Positions 18,728 to 27,357 of a stretch of DNA of 64,000 bases are shown here, in pieces (within the stretch, counting starts at the first letter, position 1; the number at the start of each line of letters is the position of its first letter). The position numbers were made by a program, and so were the translations under genes. Below the pieces are notes generated by a model. That model was given only the letters and a program-made list of their open reading frames with translations, was not told where the DNA came from and ran no database searches. The stretch covers positions 5,120,001 to 5,184,000 of the forward strand of contig CBDBDQ010000005.1 in NCBI GenBank assembly GCA_965203905.1. The letters are read 5' to 3'. The stretch comes from Spirochaetia bacterium. GTDB taxonomy: Bacteria; Spirochaetota; Spirochaetia; SZUA-6; Bin103.

Positions 18728-20539
18728 CTAATAGCCCATTTCTCCCTTCAGCTCCTGGTCAATCCAGAGGCGGGCCAACGTGGCATTGCTGTTACCGTGT
18801 CCCATGTGGGAATCACCGTCAAAGCCTATGACCCACGGCTGGGTGACGTTGAAATGCGGAGGCACAGGACTGATGAGGTGCCAATGCTGTGAGATGGCGT
18901 ACATTTCTGCCTCCCTGGATATCCTTTTCAGCTCCTCCACGGAGGAAGCGTCGCGCGCGGCGTCAACCAGGGCGTCGTAGTGCGGGTCACTGATGCCGCC
19001 GCGATTATGGTATTGATTGGGGAGACCGCGCGTGTAACCAAAACCTAGCGCAGCCAACGGCGCGTATGGTGTGGCCGAAATGAAAGCCGCAAATCCTTCA
19101 GTATCACGCTCGCTGAAGCGGCGGAAGAATTCAGGCCATTCATAGAGTACGGCCTTTACCTCGACGCCGATCTCGCGCAAATACGCCGTGACAATTTCTG
19201 CATAGGTTACGTCGCTGCCCATGAGATCCAAACCGGTCTGGAATCGAATGCCGTCCGCGCCGCGTGGGTACCCCGCCTCGTCAAGGAGCCTTTCGGCCCC
19301 TTCCGGGTCATAGGTATAGCCCTTCTTGACCGCTTCGGGCCACTCATCAAACGGAACGGTGTACCCGGCCTGCCAGTTAGCGATCATCCCCTGTGGAGTA
19401 CTATTGGCAAGACCCTTATAGTAGGTATTGTTGATCGTCTCGAGGTCGACTGCCATCTGCATCGCCTTGCGCACGTTGACGTCGTCAAAGGGCGGCTTGT
19501 CTACTGCCAGGGTATACGTTTCGTTCGCCCTGAAGTAGAAAGGATTCAACCTGAGCTCGGGATTGGTCTGCCGCAGACTGTCGGCCGCGTCCACGGTTCG
19601 TACCAAAGCACCGACATTGAGGCCGTTGTAATCCACCTTGCCCGTGCGCACTGCCGACGCAAACGTCGCTACCTCCGGCATGTACAGGCCTACCAACTGA
19701 TCAACGTAGGGCAGGCGGTTCTCGGGGTACTTTTCGTCGTAGCCCCAGTAGTCGGGATTCTTGGCAAAGGTGATTGAGCTGCTCTCGACCCAATCGGTCA
19801 TCATGAAAGGACCGGTCCCGACCAGGTTCCTCCAGTCGGTAACGTCGCCGTGTTGCTTGATGACCTCGGGGGCGTTCATGAAGGCATAGATGTCGTCGAG
19901 CAGTACCACCAGCGCATCGAGGGGTGGCTCCCTCAACTTGAAGACGACCGTATATTCGTCGGTGGCCGTTATCGATTCGAATTGCATCCCGGCGAATCGT
20001 GCCGCTTGGGCGGGAGGTTCGGTGAAGCCGCTGCCCGTACCGCTATAGCGGTGGAAGTTGAACACGATATCCTCGGCAACCAGCTCGCGCCCGTTCATAG
20101 GGGGTTTGTCGTGCCAGCGAACGCTCTCGCGGATGTGGAAGATGACGGTGCTGGGATCAGGCTGTTCCCAGCTTTCCGCCAGAGCCCCGGCATAGTGTTC
20201 TTCGAGCAGAAATTCATTTGCAAGGTCATTCACGCTTCTATCTATTGCCCAGTTCGCGTGGCCTAGTTTCTCTATGACGCCACTGACCGCTTTTTATGCC
20301 CCGTACCCCGCGATCGACATGTCAGCATTCGGAGGTTCGTACTGGTAGGCGAAGGTCAATGTCCCGCCATACTCGGGCGCGGTCACCACCTTGCCGTTGC
20401 TGGGGTCGGTGACATATTTCTTGTCGGCAGCGGCTGCCGGCTGCTCTTCTTCGCCGGCGGCCCAGAGGCCGGTCGCGGTGAGGACAAGGACCACCGTAAC
20501 CGCGAAGGTCCTGGTAATTTGTGCAATATACATACGCAA
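18728..20539 (-). pseudogene. Family 5 ABC substrate-binding protein (SBP2) with a single in-frame TAA
   Basis: ORFs 20294..20539 and 18728..20233 share one frame; reading through gives AGYGA*KAVSGVIEKLGHANWAIDR, which aligns to GVNEKLALGDWALDR of SBP1. Confidence 0.9.
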
Positions 20540-20557
20540 CTCCGTATGTTGGTTTTC

Positions 20558-20603
20558 TTGAGAGTATTGCGGACCGGCTTGCCGCTCCCTGGCTACTCTC
20601 GCG
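20558..20603 (-). promoter_or_regulatory. Conserved inverted repeat in SBP leader (copy 2)
   Basis: TTGAGAGTA-N27-TACTCTCGCG; A:T where copies 1 and 3 have G:C. Confidence 0.65.
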
Positions 20604-20942
20604 CCCGCAACGCAGGCGGCCAGACCGAGTCAGATTCGTGAAGCGCGCGGCGTGTGACTCCCGAGGCTCACGCCGCGCGCGTGCGGTTCTTTGAGAATCA
20701 TCTTGCGCTCCACAACGCCACGGGGCGGTGGTCGGCGGAGCACCGAAGGGTAATTGACCCGGCAACGCCGGCGGTCGGTTCTGCGACGGTGAGTCGGGGG
20801 GCGGGGATCCAGGACCGTTGCGGTGGTCAGTGAACGAACGCGAACTGAGCCGGTACCGCCCGGAGCCGGCGTTACGCCGCTGCTGAAGGCGAAGGCGCCC
20901 GCGGGGCGATCAGCCCAAGCGGTTAGTGATCTATAGGTAGTA

Positions 20943-21041
20943 TCAAGAGTGCGGGGGGGGACGGGAGTGGATCGGGCGCACCGGCTGCGTGATCGCTAAC
21001 CGGTCACTGCGCTGACTGTCTTCGTGGCGCTTCACCCGCAT
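20943..21041 (-). CDS. Putative poly-proline leader peptide (uORF2, 32 aa)
   Basis: Manual translation MRVKRHEDSQRSDRLAITQPVRPIHSRPPPHS*; PPP lies on a C8 tract. Confidence 0.45.
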   Translation of the reverse strand: MRVKRHEDSQRSDRLAITQPVRPIHSRPPPHS

Positions 21042-21095
21042 CGGGTCGATGTTCCGGACGTTGTATCCTCCCACGCGGCCGGCATACTGTCAAAC
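20967..21095. repeat. ~130-bp leader/promoter repeat (other copy at 26387-26513)
   Basis: Near-identical TGGATCGGGCGCACCGGCTGCGTGATCG...GGCATACTGTCAAAC; contains minus-strand TTGACA-N17-GAGGAT. Confidence 0.9.
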
Positions 21096-21145
21096 CCGGA
21101 TCGCCACGACTCGACGGACTCGACTCGGCGTTTCGGCGCTCGTGG

Positions 21146-21195
21146 AACGAGTGGTCGGTCGGGGTCGCTCAGTGGGGTTCGGCACGAAACACCGG
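21146..21195 (-). pseudogene. 3' remnant of a second F420 nitroreductase copy
   Basis: Encodes PVFRAEPH* and matches 13432-13481, including the downstream AACGAGTGGTCGGTC. Confidence 0.8.
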
Positions 21196-21199
21196 CGGA

Positions 21200-21925
21200 C
21201 TATCGAGCGGACGCCGTTCCCAGTTTGGCGACGAACGCGGAATGCTCAGGGGTGGCGATGCCGTTGCTCAACTCGGACAGCACGCCGGCGAAGTCGCCGG
21301 CGAGGAGCGCGTTGGAGGCAAGGCGCAGACCGGCGAACGTCTGGCTGTACAGAATCCCGGCGGCATCCGGCGCCAGGGGCCGGTACTCGTCTTCGGTAAG
21401 CACGAACCAGTCGATTACGTCATCGTATACCCGCCAGACCAGGTACTCCAGCACCCCGTTGCGGCGGTAGGCGTGCAGCTTGTCATGCAGGTCGTAGGCT
21501 GCGCTGCTCGCCACCACCTCTACCACCAACTCGGGCGCGCCGCTCACGTAGTCGTCGGCGTCGAGTCGCGACCGGCCGATGGCGGCCGGCTTGATGCGCA
21601 TGAGCACGTCGGGCTGCGGCTCGTTGTCGAGGTCCAGACGCACGGTGGCGTTGTCGAGCACCGAGACGCCGGGGGTCGATGCGCTGTAAACGCGCAGCCA
21701 TGCCAACAGGTCGCCGTGCTTCTCGGCATGGGTCGCGCGGACGGGCGACGGCACGTGGACTACCCCCTCGATCAGTTCCGCCTTCTTGATGTCGGGCTGG
21801 GCGAGATAGCGCCGCTCAAACTCGCAACGCGGCAGCCGATCTCCATTCTCCAGCGGAATGACCGGAGCGACGGGCGCCGCCATCGCGCCTTTTGCCGAGT
21901 CGGTCGGGAGAGCAGCGTGGCTCAT
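21200..21925 (-). CDS. Uma2 (DUF820) family restriction-endonuclease-like protein
   Basis: LENGDRL..EFERRY, KAELIEGVV, EPQPD, GAPELVVEV, YRRNGVLEYLVW; leaderless TAGAGT-N7-ATG. Confidence 0.93.
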   Translation of the reverse strand: MSHAALPTDSAKGAMAAPVAPVIPLENGDRLPRCEFERRYLAQPDIKKAELIEGVVHVPSPVRATHAEKHGDLLAWLRVYSASTPGVSVLDNATVRLDLDNEPQPDVLMRIKPAAIGRSRLDADDYVSGAPELVVEVVASSAAYDLHDKLHAYRRNGVLEYLVWRVYDDVIDWFVLTEDEYRPLAPDAAGILYSQTFAGLRLASNALLAGDFAGVLSELSNGIATPEHSAFVAKLGTASAR

Positions 21926-22112
21926 GAACGAGACTCTACGCACAACCCCGGGATGCTGCAAGCCATGGAACCGGCCGGCGACCGCAGAGTGGGTGGTTTC
22001 GCGGCGGCGCTGCGCCGGTCAGCCGGCCCACGGCGCCACGACCGACCGGTGCAAGAGGGACGCAAGCAAGTCCCTCCAACCTGCCTGCGCCGCACGCGGT
22101 ACGTCGCCCCGG

Positions 22113-23084
22113 CTACGTAGTGCGGTCGGTACCGAGACGCCCGCCACCACCCCTGAGCCGCGGGTCGAGCAGGTCGCGGACCGCGTCGCCCACCATGTTC
22201 AGGCAGTACACCGTCACCGTCAGGAACAGACCGGGCCACAGCGCCAGCCGCGGCGCCAGCTCCATGTAGCGGCGGCCCTCGCGGCTCAGCATGCCGCCCC
22301 AGCTCGGCACGTTCACCGGCAGGCCGAAACCGAGGAAGCTCAAGCTGGCCTCGGCGATGATCACGCTGCCGACGTTGATGCTGAAGATGACGATCAGCGG
22401 CGCGGCGATGTTGGGCAGCACGTGGCGCACCAGGATCCGGCGCCGGCGCGCGCCGGCCGCCTCCGCGGCCTGGAAGTAGGCGTTCTCCTTGACGCCGATC
22501 ACCGCGCCGCGGACTACCCGCGACGCCGGAATCCCGCCGGTGACCCCCAGCACCACGATCACCGTGACGATGCTGCGATCGACGAACGACATGATGGTGA
22601 GCAGCAGCAGCAAGCCGGGGAACGACATCCACGCATCGACGAAGCGCTGGGTGTAGATGTCGACCCGGCCGCCGATGAAGCCCGTGGTGCCGCCCACCAG
22701 CAGCGCCACGATGGTGTTCAGCAGGGTTGCCAACAGCCCCACCAGCAGCGACACCTGAGCGCCCTTGAGGATCCGCGCCAGCACGTCGCGGCCGGCGTGA
22801 TCGGTGCCGAGGGGGTGCTCGGCCGAGGGCGCCTGCAAGCGGTCCTGCACGCGGCCGATGTCGTACTCGTGCGGCGTCAACTGCTCGGCAAAGACGGCGA
22901 CGAAGATCAGCCCCAACAGGACCACGCCGGCCGCGGCGCCCAGCGGCTGCTGCCGCAGCAATCGACCGAAGAAGTCAGTCAAGGGGCGGCGCCGGCCGCC
23001 GTCCGGGTCACGCACCGCCTCACCCACCGGAGCGCCGCCCGCGTCAACCGAAAGCGGCGCATTCGACGCATTCGACTCATTCAT
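22113..23084 (-). CDS. ABC transporter permease (DppC-like), operon 3
   Basis: HPLGTDHAGRDVLAR, HVLPNIAAP, GDAVRDLLDPR. Confidence 0.95.
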   Translation of the reverse strand: MNESNASNAPLSVDAGGAPVGEAVRDPDGGRRRPLTDFFGRLLRQQPLGAAAGVVLLGLIFVAVFAEQLTPHEYDIGRVQDRLQAPSAEHPLGTDHAGRDVLARILKGAQVSLLVGLLATLLNTIVALLVGGTTGFIGGRVDIYTQRFVDAWMSFPGLLLLLTIMSFVDRSIVTVIVVLGVTGGIPASRVVRGAVIGVKENAYFQAAEAAGARRRRILVRHVLPNIAAPLIVIFSINVGSVIIAEASLSFLGFGLPVNVPSWGGMLSREGRRYMELAPRLALWPGLFLTVTVYCLNMVGDAVRDLLDPRLRGGGGRLGTDRTT

Positions 23085-24045
23085 AGCGGATCCTCGGATC
23101 CAGGTAGGCGTACGCCAGATCGGTGGCGAGGTTGATCAGCACCACCACCGAGGCGAAGAACAGGTTCACGCCGGACACCACCGGGTAGTCGCGCAGGTTG
23201 AGCGCGCTCAGCATCAGGCGTCCGAGCCCGGGCAGGTTGAAAATGGTCTCGATGATCACCGAGCCACCGGCGATGATCGGCAGTTGCAGGCCGATCAGCG
23301 TGACCACCGGGATGAGGGCGTTCTTGACGACGTGCCGGAGCACCACCCTGCGCTCCTGCAGGCCCTTGGCCCAAGCCGTCCTTACATAGTCCTGGCGCAG
23401 CACCTCCAGCATCATGGTGCGGGTCATGCGCATCGTGCTGGCCGCCAGGTAGGTCCCCAGGATCAGGGCGGGAAACAGGAACATGGTGAGGTTCGCCAGC
23501 GGGTCGACAGCGAAGCGGACGTGCGTCAGCGGCGGCGTCCACCCCCACCAGATGGCCGGATAGATGATGACCAGCAGCGCGAGCCAGAAGTTCGGGGTCG
23601 ACAGGCCGACGATCGCCGCCGAGCGGCCAGCGTAGTCGGCCACCGTGTACTGCCGAATCGCCGAATAGATACCGATCGGCACCGCGATGATCAAACCGGT
23701 CAGGATCGCCAGCAGCCCCAGCTCCAGGGTCACGCCTATCCTGGAGGCCATCATCGCCTCCACGGTGTAGCCGCTCGAGCCGCCGTACAGCGAGCTGCCG
23801 AGGGTGCCACGCACGACGATGTTCCCGATCCACCGCGCGTACTGCACGGGAACGGGGACGTCGAGCCCAAGCCGCTTTTTCGCGGCAGCAATGTCGATCG
23901 CGCCGCCGCCTTCGTAGCCCATCCGGGCGACCATCACCTCGATGACGCTGCCGGGAATGAAGCGCACCGACAGAAACACCAGGATGGTGACGATGAAGAT
24001 GGTGGGGATGACCAGCAGCACCCGCCTGATCAAATACGCCCGCAC
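23077..24045 (-). CDS. ABC transporter permease (DppB-like), operon 3
   Basis: MRAYLIRR (GTG start, GGAGGTG RBS), LEVLRQDYVRTAWAKGL. Confidence 0.95.
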   Translation of the reverse strand: MRAYLIRRVLLVIPTIFIVTILVFLSVRFIPGSVIEVMVARMGYEGGGAIDIAAAKKRLGLDVPVPVQYARWIGNIVVRGTLGSSLYGGSSGYTVEAMMASRIGVTLELGLLAILTGLIIAVPIGIYSAIRQYTVADYAGRSAAIVGLSTPNFWLALLVIIYPAIWWGWTPPLTHVRFAVDPLANLTMFLFPALILGTYLAASTMRMTRTMMLEVLRQDYVRTAWAKGLQERRVVLRHVVKNALIPVVTLIGLQLPIIAGGSVIIETIFNLPGLGRLMLSALNLRDYPVVSGVNLFFASVVVLINLATDLAYAYLDPRIRYE

Positions 24046-24080
24046 GTCAACTCACCTCCACACTCCGTTGCGCAAGAAAA

Positions 24081-24109
24081 CGGGGTGGCAGGTCGTCCCC
24101 GCCACCCCG
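24081..24109 (-). terminator. Intergenic hairpin between SBP3 and permease
   Basis: CGGGGTGGC-N11-GCCACCCCG, followed on the minus strand by TTTTCTT. Confidence 0.6.
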
Positions 24110-24137
24110 CGTTGGTTCGACCCTCTGCCGGCCGGGG

Positions 24138-25958
24138 TCAGAAGCCCATTTTCGCCTTCAGGTCCTGGTCGATCCAGACCCGCACCAGAATCTCGTTGTT
24201 GCTCATATCCGTGAGGAACGTCTCGCCGTTCCAGCCCTTGACCCAGGGGTTGGCCAGCTGGAACGCCGGCGCCTTGTGGCCGTAGACCTGGAAGTGCTGG
24301 CGCATGATGTAATCGTCGAACTCTCGCATGATCGGGATCCGCGCTTCCTGGCTGGTCGCAGCCTGGAACGCCTCGTAGAGCCGACTCATGGTCGCGTCCT
24401 TGAGCCCGCCGGTGTATTCGCCCGCCTGGTTCGCCTGCCCTTCGCCCTGGTAGTTGTGGACGTAGCCGTAGTAGCTCATGATGTGCGCGGGACTCAGATC
24501 CCAGCCGGAGTCGCCGGTCGTCATCTCGTAGAGCCCGCGGGCGCGGCGATCGACCCAGGCGCCGGTGTCCATCACCGTGATCTCCACCTCCACGCCGATC
24601 GCCTTCCAGTAGCCGGCCACGATCTCGACCCATCCGAGGTCGATCACGTCGCGGTGGTCGTAGGTGACCTTGAACCGCACCCCGTCCGCGCCGCGCGCGT
24701 AGCCGGCCTCGTCGAGCAAGCGCTCGGCCTCCTGCGGATGGTAGGAGTACTCAGCCTGCAGATCCGCGGACCGCTCCGCGAACGGAGTGTGCATCTCGCC
24801 GAGCGCGGCGCCGACCCAGCCCTGCACCGTCGGGTAGGCATACCCGCCGTAGTAGCTCTCGTTGATGGCATCGCGGTCGATCGCCATGTTCATCGCCTTG
24901 CGCACGCGGATGTCGTCGAACGGCGGCCGGCGGATGTTCAGGCCGGACACCTGCAGTGCGCGACTGTAGAACGGGACTGCCTGCATGTCGGGGTTGGTCT
25001 TCAGGATGGCATCCACCGCTTCGACGGTGGCCAGCGCGATGCCGCCGCCGACAGTAAGCATGTCTACCTGGCCGGTGCGCAGCGCGGCAGTGTAGGTCGC
25101 CTCTTCCTTCATATGGAGAGCCACCAGCTCATCGACGTAGGGCAGCCGGTTGTCCGGGTACTTCTCGTCGAAGCCCCAGTAGTCGGGATTGCGCACCCAC
25201 TGCTTGCGTACCTCGGGTTGGAAGTCAGCCAGCATGAACGGCCCGGTGCCGACCACGTTCCGCCAATCGGAGTAGTTGCCGTGCTGCTCGATGACCTCCG
25301 GTGGCAGGATCCAGACGCCGACCTCGGTGAGCACCTGGTTCTGCAAGTCCAGGCGCGGCTCGGTCAGCTTGAACTCGACCGTGTACCGGTCGGTGGCCTC
25401 GATGGATTCCCACGGAAAGTTGCGCAGGGCGTAGGTATACTCCGGCTTCCAGTCGAGCAGGCCGCCGATGCGGCGGTAGGTCCAGGCGACGTCTTCGGCG
25501 GTCAGCTCCCGTCCGTTCACCGGCGGCTTGTCGTGCCAGTGAACGCCCTGCCGGACCTTGACGATGAGCGTCCGGGGATCGGGATTCGACCAGCTCTCTG
25601 CCAGCCACCCGGTGAGGTGCTGGGGCGGCGTGTACCAAAAGGTCAAGGGGTACTCGTCCCGCGGCGTGGCCCAGTTGACGTATGCCAGCTTCTCGTTCAC
25701 CCCCATGATCTGAAAGCCGGCCCAGTGTCCGCCGATCGATGGATCCTGGTCCAGGAGCTCGTTCCTGGATGCGATGGTGAGGGTGCCGCCGTACTCGGGT
25801 GCGGTCACCATCTTGCCGGTGGACGGGTCCATCACCATCTCCTTCTCCATCGCCGCGGCCGGCTCCTCTTCTGCGGCCGGGCTCGCCCAGATGCCGGTGG
25901 CGATGAGGGCGAACACGAGCACAAACCCGAATGTGGGTGCGATTCTCAGAGTGTTCAT
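24138..25958 (-). CDS. ABC transporter substrate-binding protein, family 5 (SBP3)
   Basis: Signal peptide, PEYGGTLT, VVGTGPF, PFDDIRVRKAM, WIDQDLK. Confidence 0.95.
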   Translation of the reverse strand: MNTLRIAPTFGFVLVFALIATGIWASPAAEEEPAAAMEKEMVMDPSTGKMVTAPEYGGTLTIASRNELLDQDPSIGGHWAGFQIMGVNEKLAYVNWATPRDEYPLTFWYTPPQHLTGWLAESWSNPDPRTLIVKVRQGVHWHDKPPVNGRELTAEDVAWTYRRIGGLLDWKPEYTYALRNFPWESIEATDRYTVEFKLTEPRLDLQNQVLTEVGVWILPPEVIEQHGNYSDWRNVVGTGPFMLADFQPEVRKQWVRNPDYWGFDEKYPDNRLPYVDELVALHMKEEATYTAALRTGQVDMLTVGGGIALATVEAVDAILKTNPDMQAVPFYSRALQVSGLNIRRPPFDDIRVRKAMNMAIDRDAINESYYGGYAYPTVQGWVGAALGEMHTPFAERSADLQAEYSYHPQEAERLLDEAGYARGADGVRFKVTYDHRDVIDLGWVEIVAGYWKAIGVEVEITVMDTGAWVDRRARGLYEMTTGDSGWDLSPAHIMSYYGYVHNYQGEGQANQAGEYTGGLKDATMSRLYEAFQAATSQEARIPIMREFDDYIMRQHFQVYGHKAPAFQLANPWVKGWNGETFLTDMSNNEILVRVWIDQDLKAKMGF

Positions 25959-25985
25959 AACCAATCTCTCCATTCATCTTCTGAT

Positions 25986-26031
25986 TTGAGAGTGCTTCGG
26001 TGGGGAGTTGCCGGCCCGGCCCACTCTCGCG
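25986..26031 (-). promoter_or_regulatory. Conserved inverted repeat in SBP leader (copy 3)
   Basis: TTGAGAGTG-N27-CACTCTCGCG. Confidence 0.65.
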
Positions 26032-26094
26032 CCTGCAACGCAGGCGACCAGGCAGGGAGGGCAACCTCAGGTGGTCACACGCGCGGCATGAGCG

Positions 26095-26460
26095 TCATGC
26101 ACTCGGGCCGCGCGCGTGGTGCCATTCATTGAGTATCAGCTTGCACCTCCCTGTTGCGCGGATTCCGGGACTCGACGCCGAGAACGCGGCCGCGAGGCAC
26201 GCGCAGGGTGGCGGCTGTCCCGGTACTCGACGGAGTGATCTGGTATTGGACGGAGTGCTGCCGTAAGCGCAGGGCGGGCGTAATCGGTGGTGCGGTGCAC
26301 TCTGGCCCGGTTGGCCGGCGCGGTTAGTTACTTCTCGGATGAATCGAGAGTTAGATGTTATTCGCGTCCCGGGGGAGGGGGGGGGATGGATCGGGCGCAC
26401 CGGCTGCGTGATCGGTAACCGGTCACTGCGCTGACTGTCTTCGTGGCGTTTCACCCGCAT
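26095..26460 (-). CDS. Putative poly-proline leader peptide (uORF3)
   Basis: MRVKRHEDSQRSDRLPITQPVRPIHPPPSP..., with GGAG 9 nt before the ATG; C9-T-C5 tract. Confidence 0.4.
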   Translation of the reverse strand: MRVKRHEDSQRSDRLPITQPVRPIHPPPSPGTRITSNSRFIREVTNRAGQPGQSAPHHRLRPPCAYGSTPSNTRSLRRVPGQPPPCACLAAAFSASSPGIRATGRCKLILNEWHHARGPSA

Positions 26461-26619
26461 CGGTTGATGCTCCGGACGTTGTATCCTCCCACGCGGCCGG
26501 CATACTGTCAAACGCTCCTGCCTCGCTGCCTCGCCTCGGTACACCGTGACCGCCACGCCAGCTCCCGAAGTCGCGCGGCGGAGGATTGTGTGGACTCTGA
26601 GCACTCCGAGCACACGCGC

Positions 26620-26648
26620 TTGAACTGACTCGAAAGTTGGTTTACTTT
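26620..26648 (+). promoter_or_regulatory. Sigma70-type promoter of the Phd/VapC operon (leaderless)
   Basis: TTGAAC-N17-TACTTT-N6-ATG. Confidence 0.7.
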
Positions 26649-26654
26649 TTGGTC

Positions 26655-26918
26655 ATGTCGGAGAAGAGCCTGAACATACATGAAGCCAAGACGCATCTGT
26701 CCGAGCATCTCGCGGCCCTCGGCCCGGGAGACCGCATCGTTCTGTGTCGGCGCAACCGGCCGATCGCGGAGATTCGCCCGCTGGCGGCCTCACGCTCGAC
26801 TCCCCGGCCGGTGGGCCTCGGCAAAGGGCTCGTTACCATCCCGGAGACCTTCTTTGCGCCGCTGCCGGATGAGGTGCTCGACCTGTTCGCCGGCAGCGCT
26901 CGGACGGATGACCGCTGA
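26655..26918 (+). CDS. Phd/YefM family antitoxin
   Basis: LNIHEAKTHLSE...GDRIVLCRRNRPIAEI...FFAPLPDEVL. Confidence 0.92.
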   Translation: MSEKSLNIHEAKTHLSEHLAALGPGDRIVLCRRNRPIAEIRPLAASRSTPRPVGLGKGLVTIPETFFAPLPDEVLDLFAGSARTDDR

Positions 26919-27304
26919 TGCGCCTCCTGCTGGATACCTGCACGTTCCTGTGGCTGGTCGATGACCATCCAAGGCTCGCGGCACGGGCTCGCGACGCGAT
27001 TGTCGATCCTGCCAACGACGTCTACTTGAGCGCCGCGTCGGCGTGGGAGATCGTCATCAAACATGCGCTGGGGCGCCTCGAACTGGCGCTCGCCGTGGAC
27101 GACTACCTTCCTCGCCAGCGAGAGTTGCACGGCATCGAGCCGCTGCCGATCGGCGAGGACGCTACTCTCGCATTGGCAAAGCTTCCCGCCCGCCACAAGG
27201 ATCCGTTCGACCGCATCCTGATTGCCCAAGCGATTGTCGGTGGCTGCTCTCTGGTTACGCCCGATCCACTCATCAAGGCCTATCCGGTTTCGATCCTCTG
27301 GTAG
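26918..27304 (+). CDS. vapC: VapC family PIN-domain toxin
   Basis: MRLLLDTCTFLW, SAASAWEI, HKDPFDRILIAQA. Confidence 0.93.
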   Translation: MRLLLDTCTFLWLVDDHPRLAARARDAIVDPANDVYLSAASAWEIVIKHALGRLELALAVDDYLPRQRELHGIEPLPIGEDATLALAKLPARHKDPFDRILIAQAIVGGCSLVTPDPLIKAYPVSILW

Positions 27305-27357
27305 ATCTGGTAGAAGCTCCGGTGGCGACGACACGCGGGCGCGGCTATAGTTGCACG

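Noticed and set aside
20294-20296. Stop-codon recoding in SBP2
   Set aside because: The codon is TAA, not TGA/TAG, and TAA ends other genes here (e.g. 56195), so a nonsense mutation is simpler.
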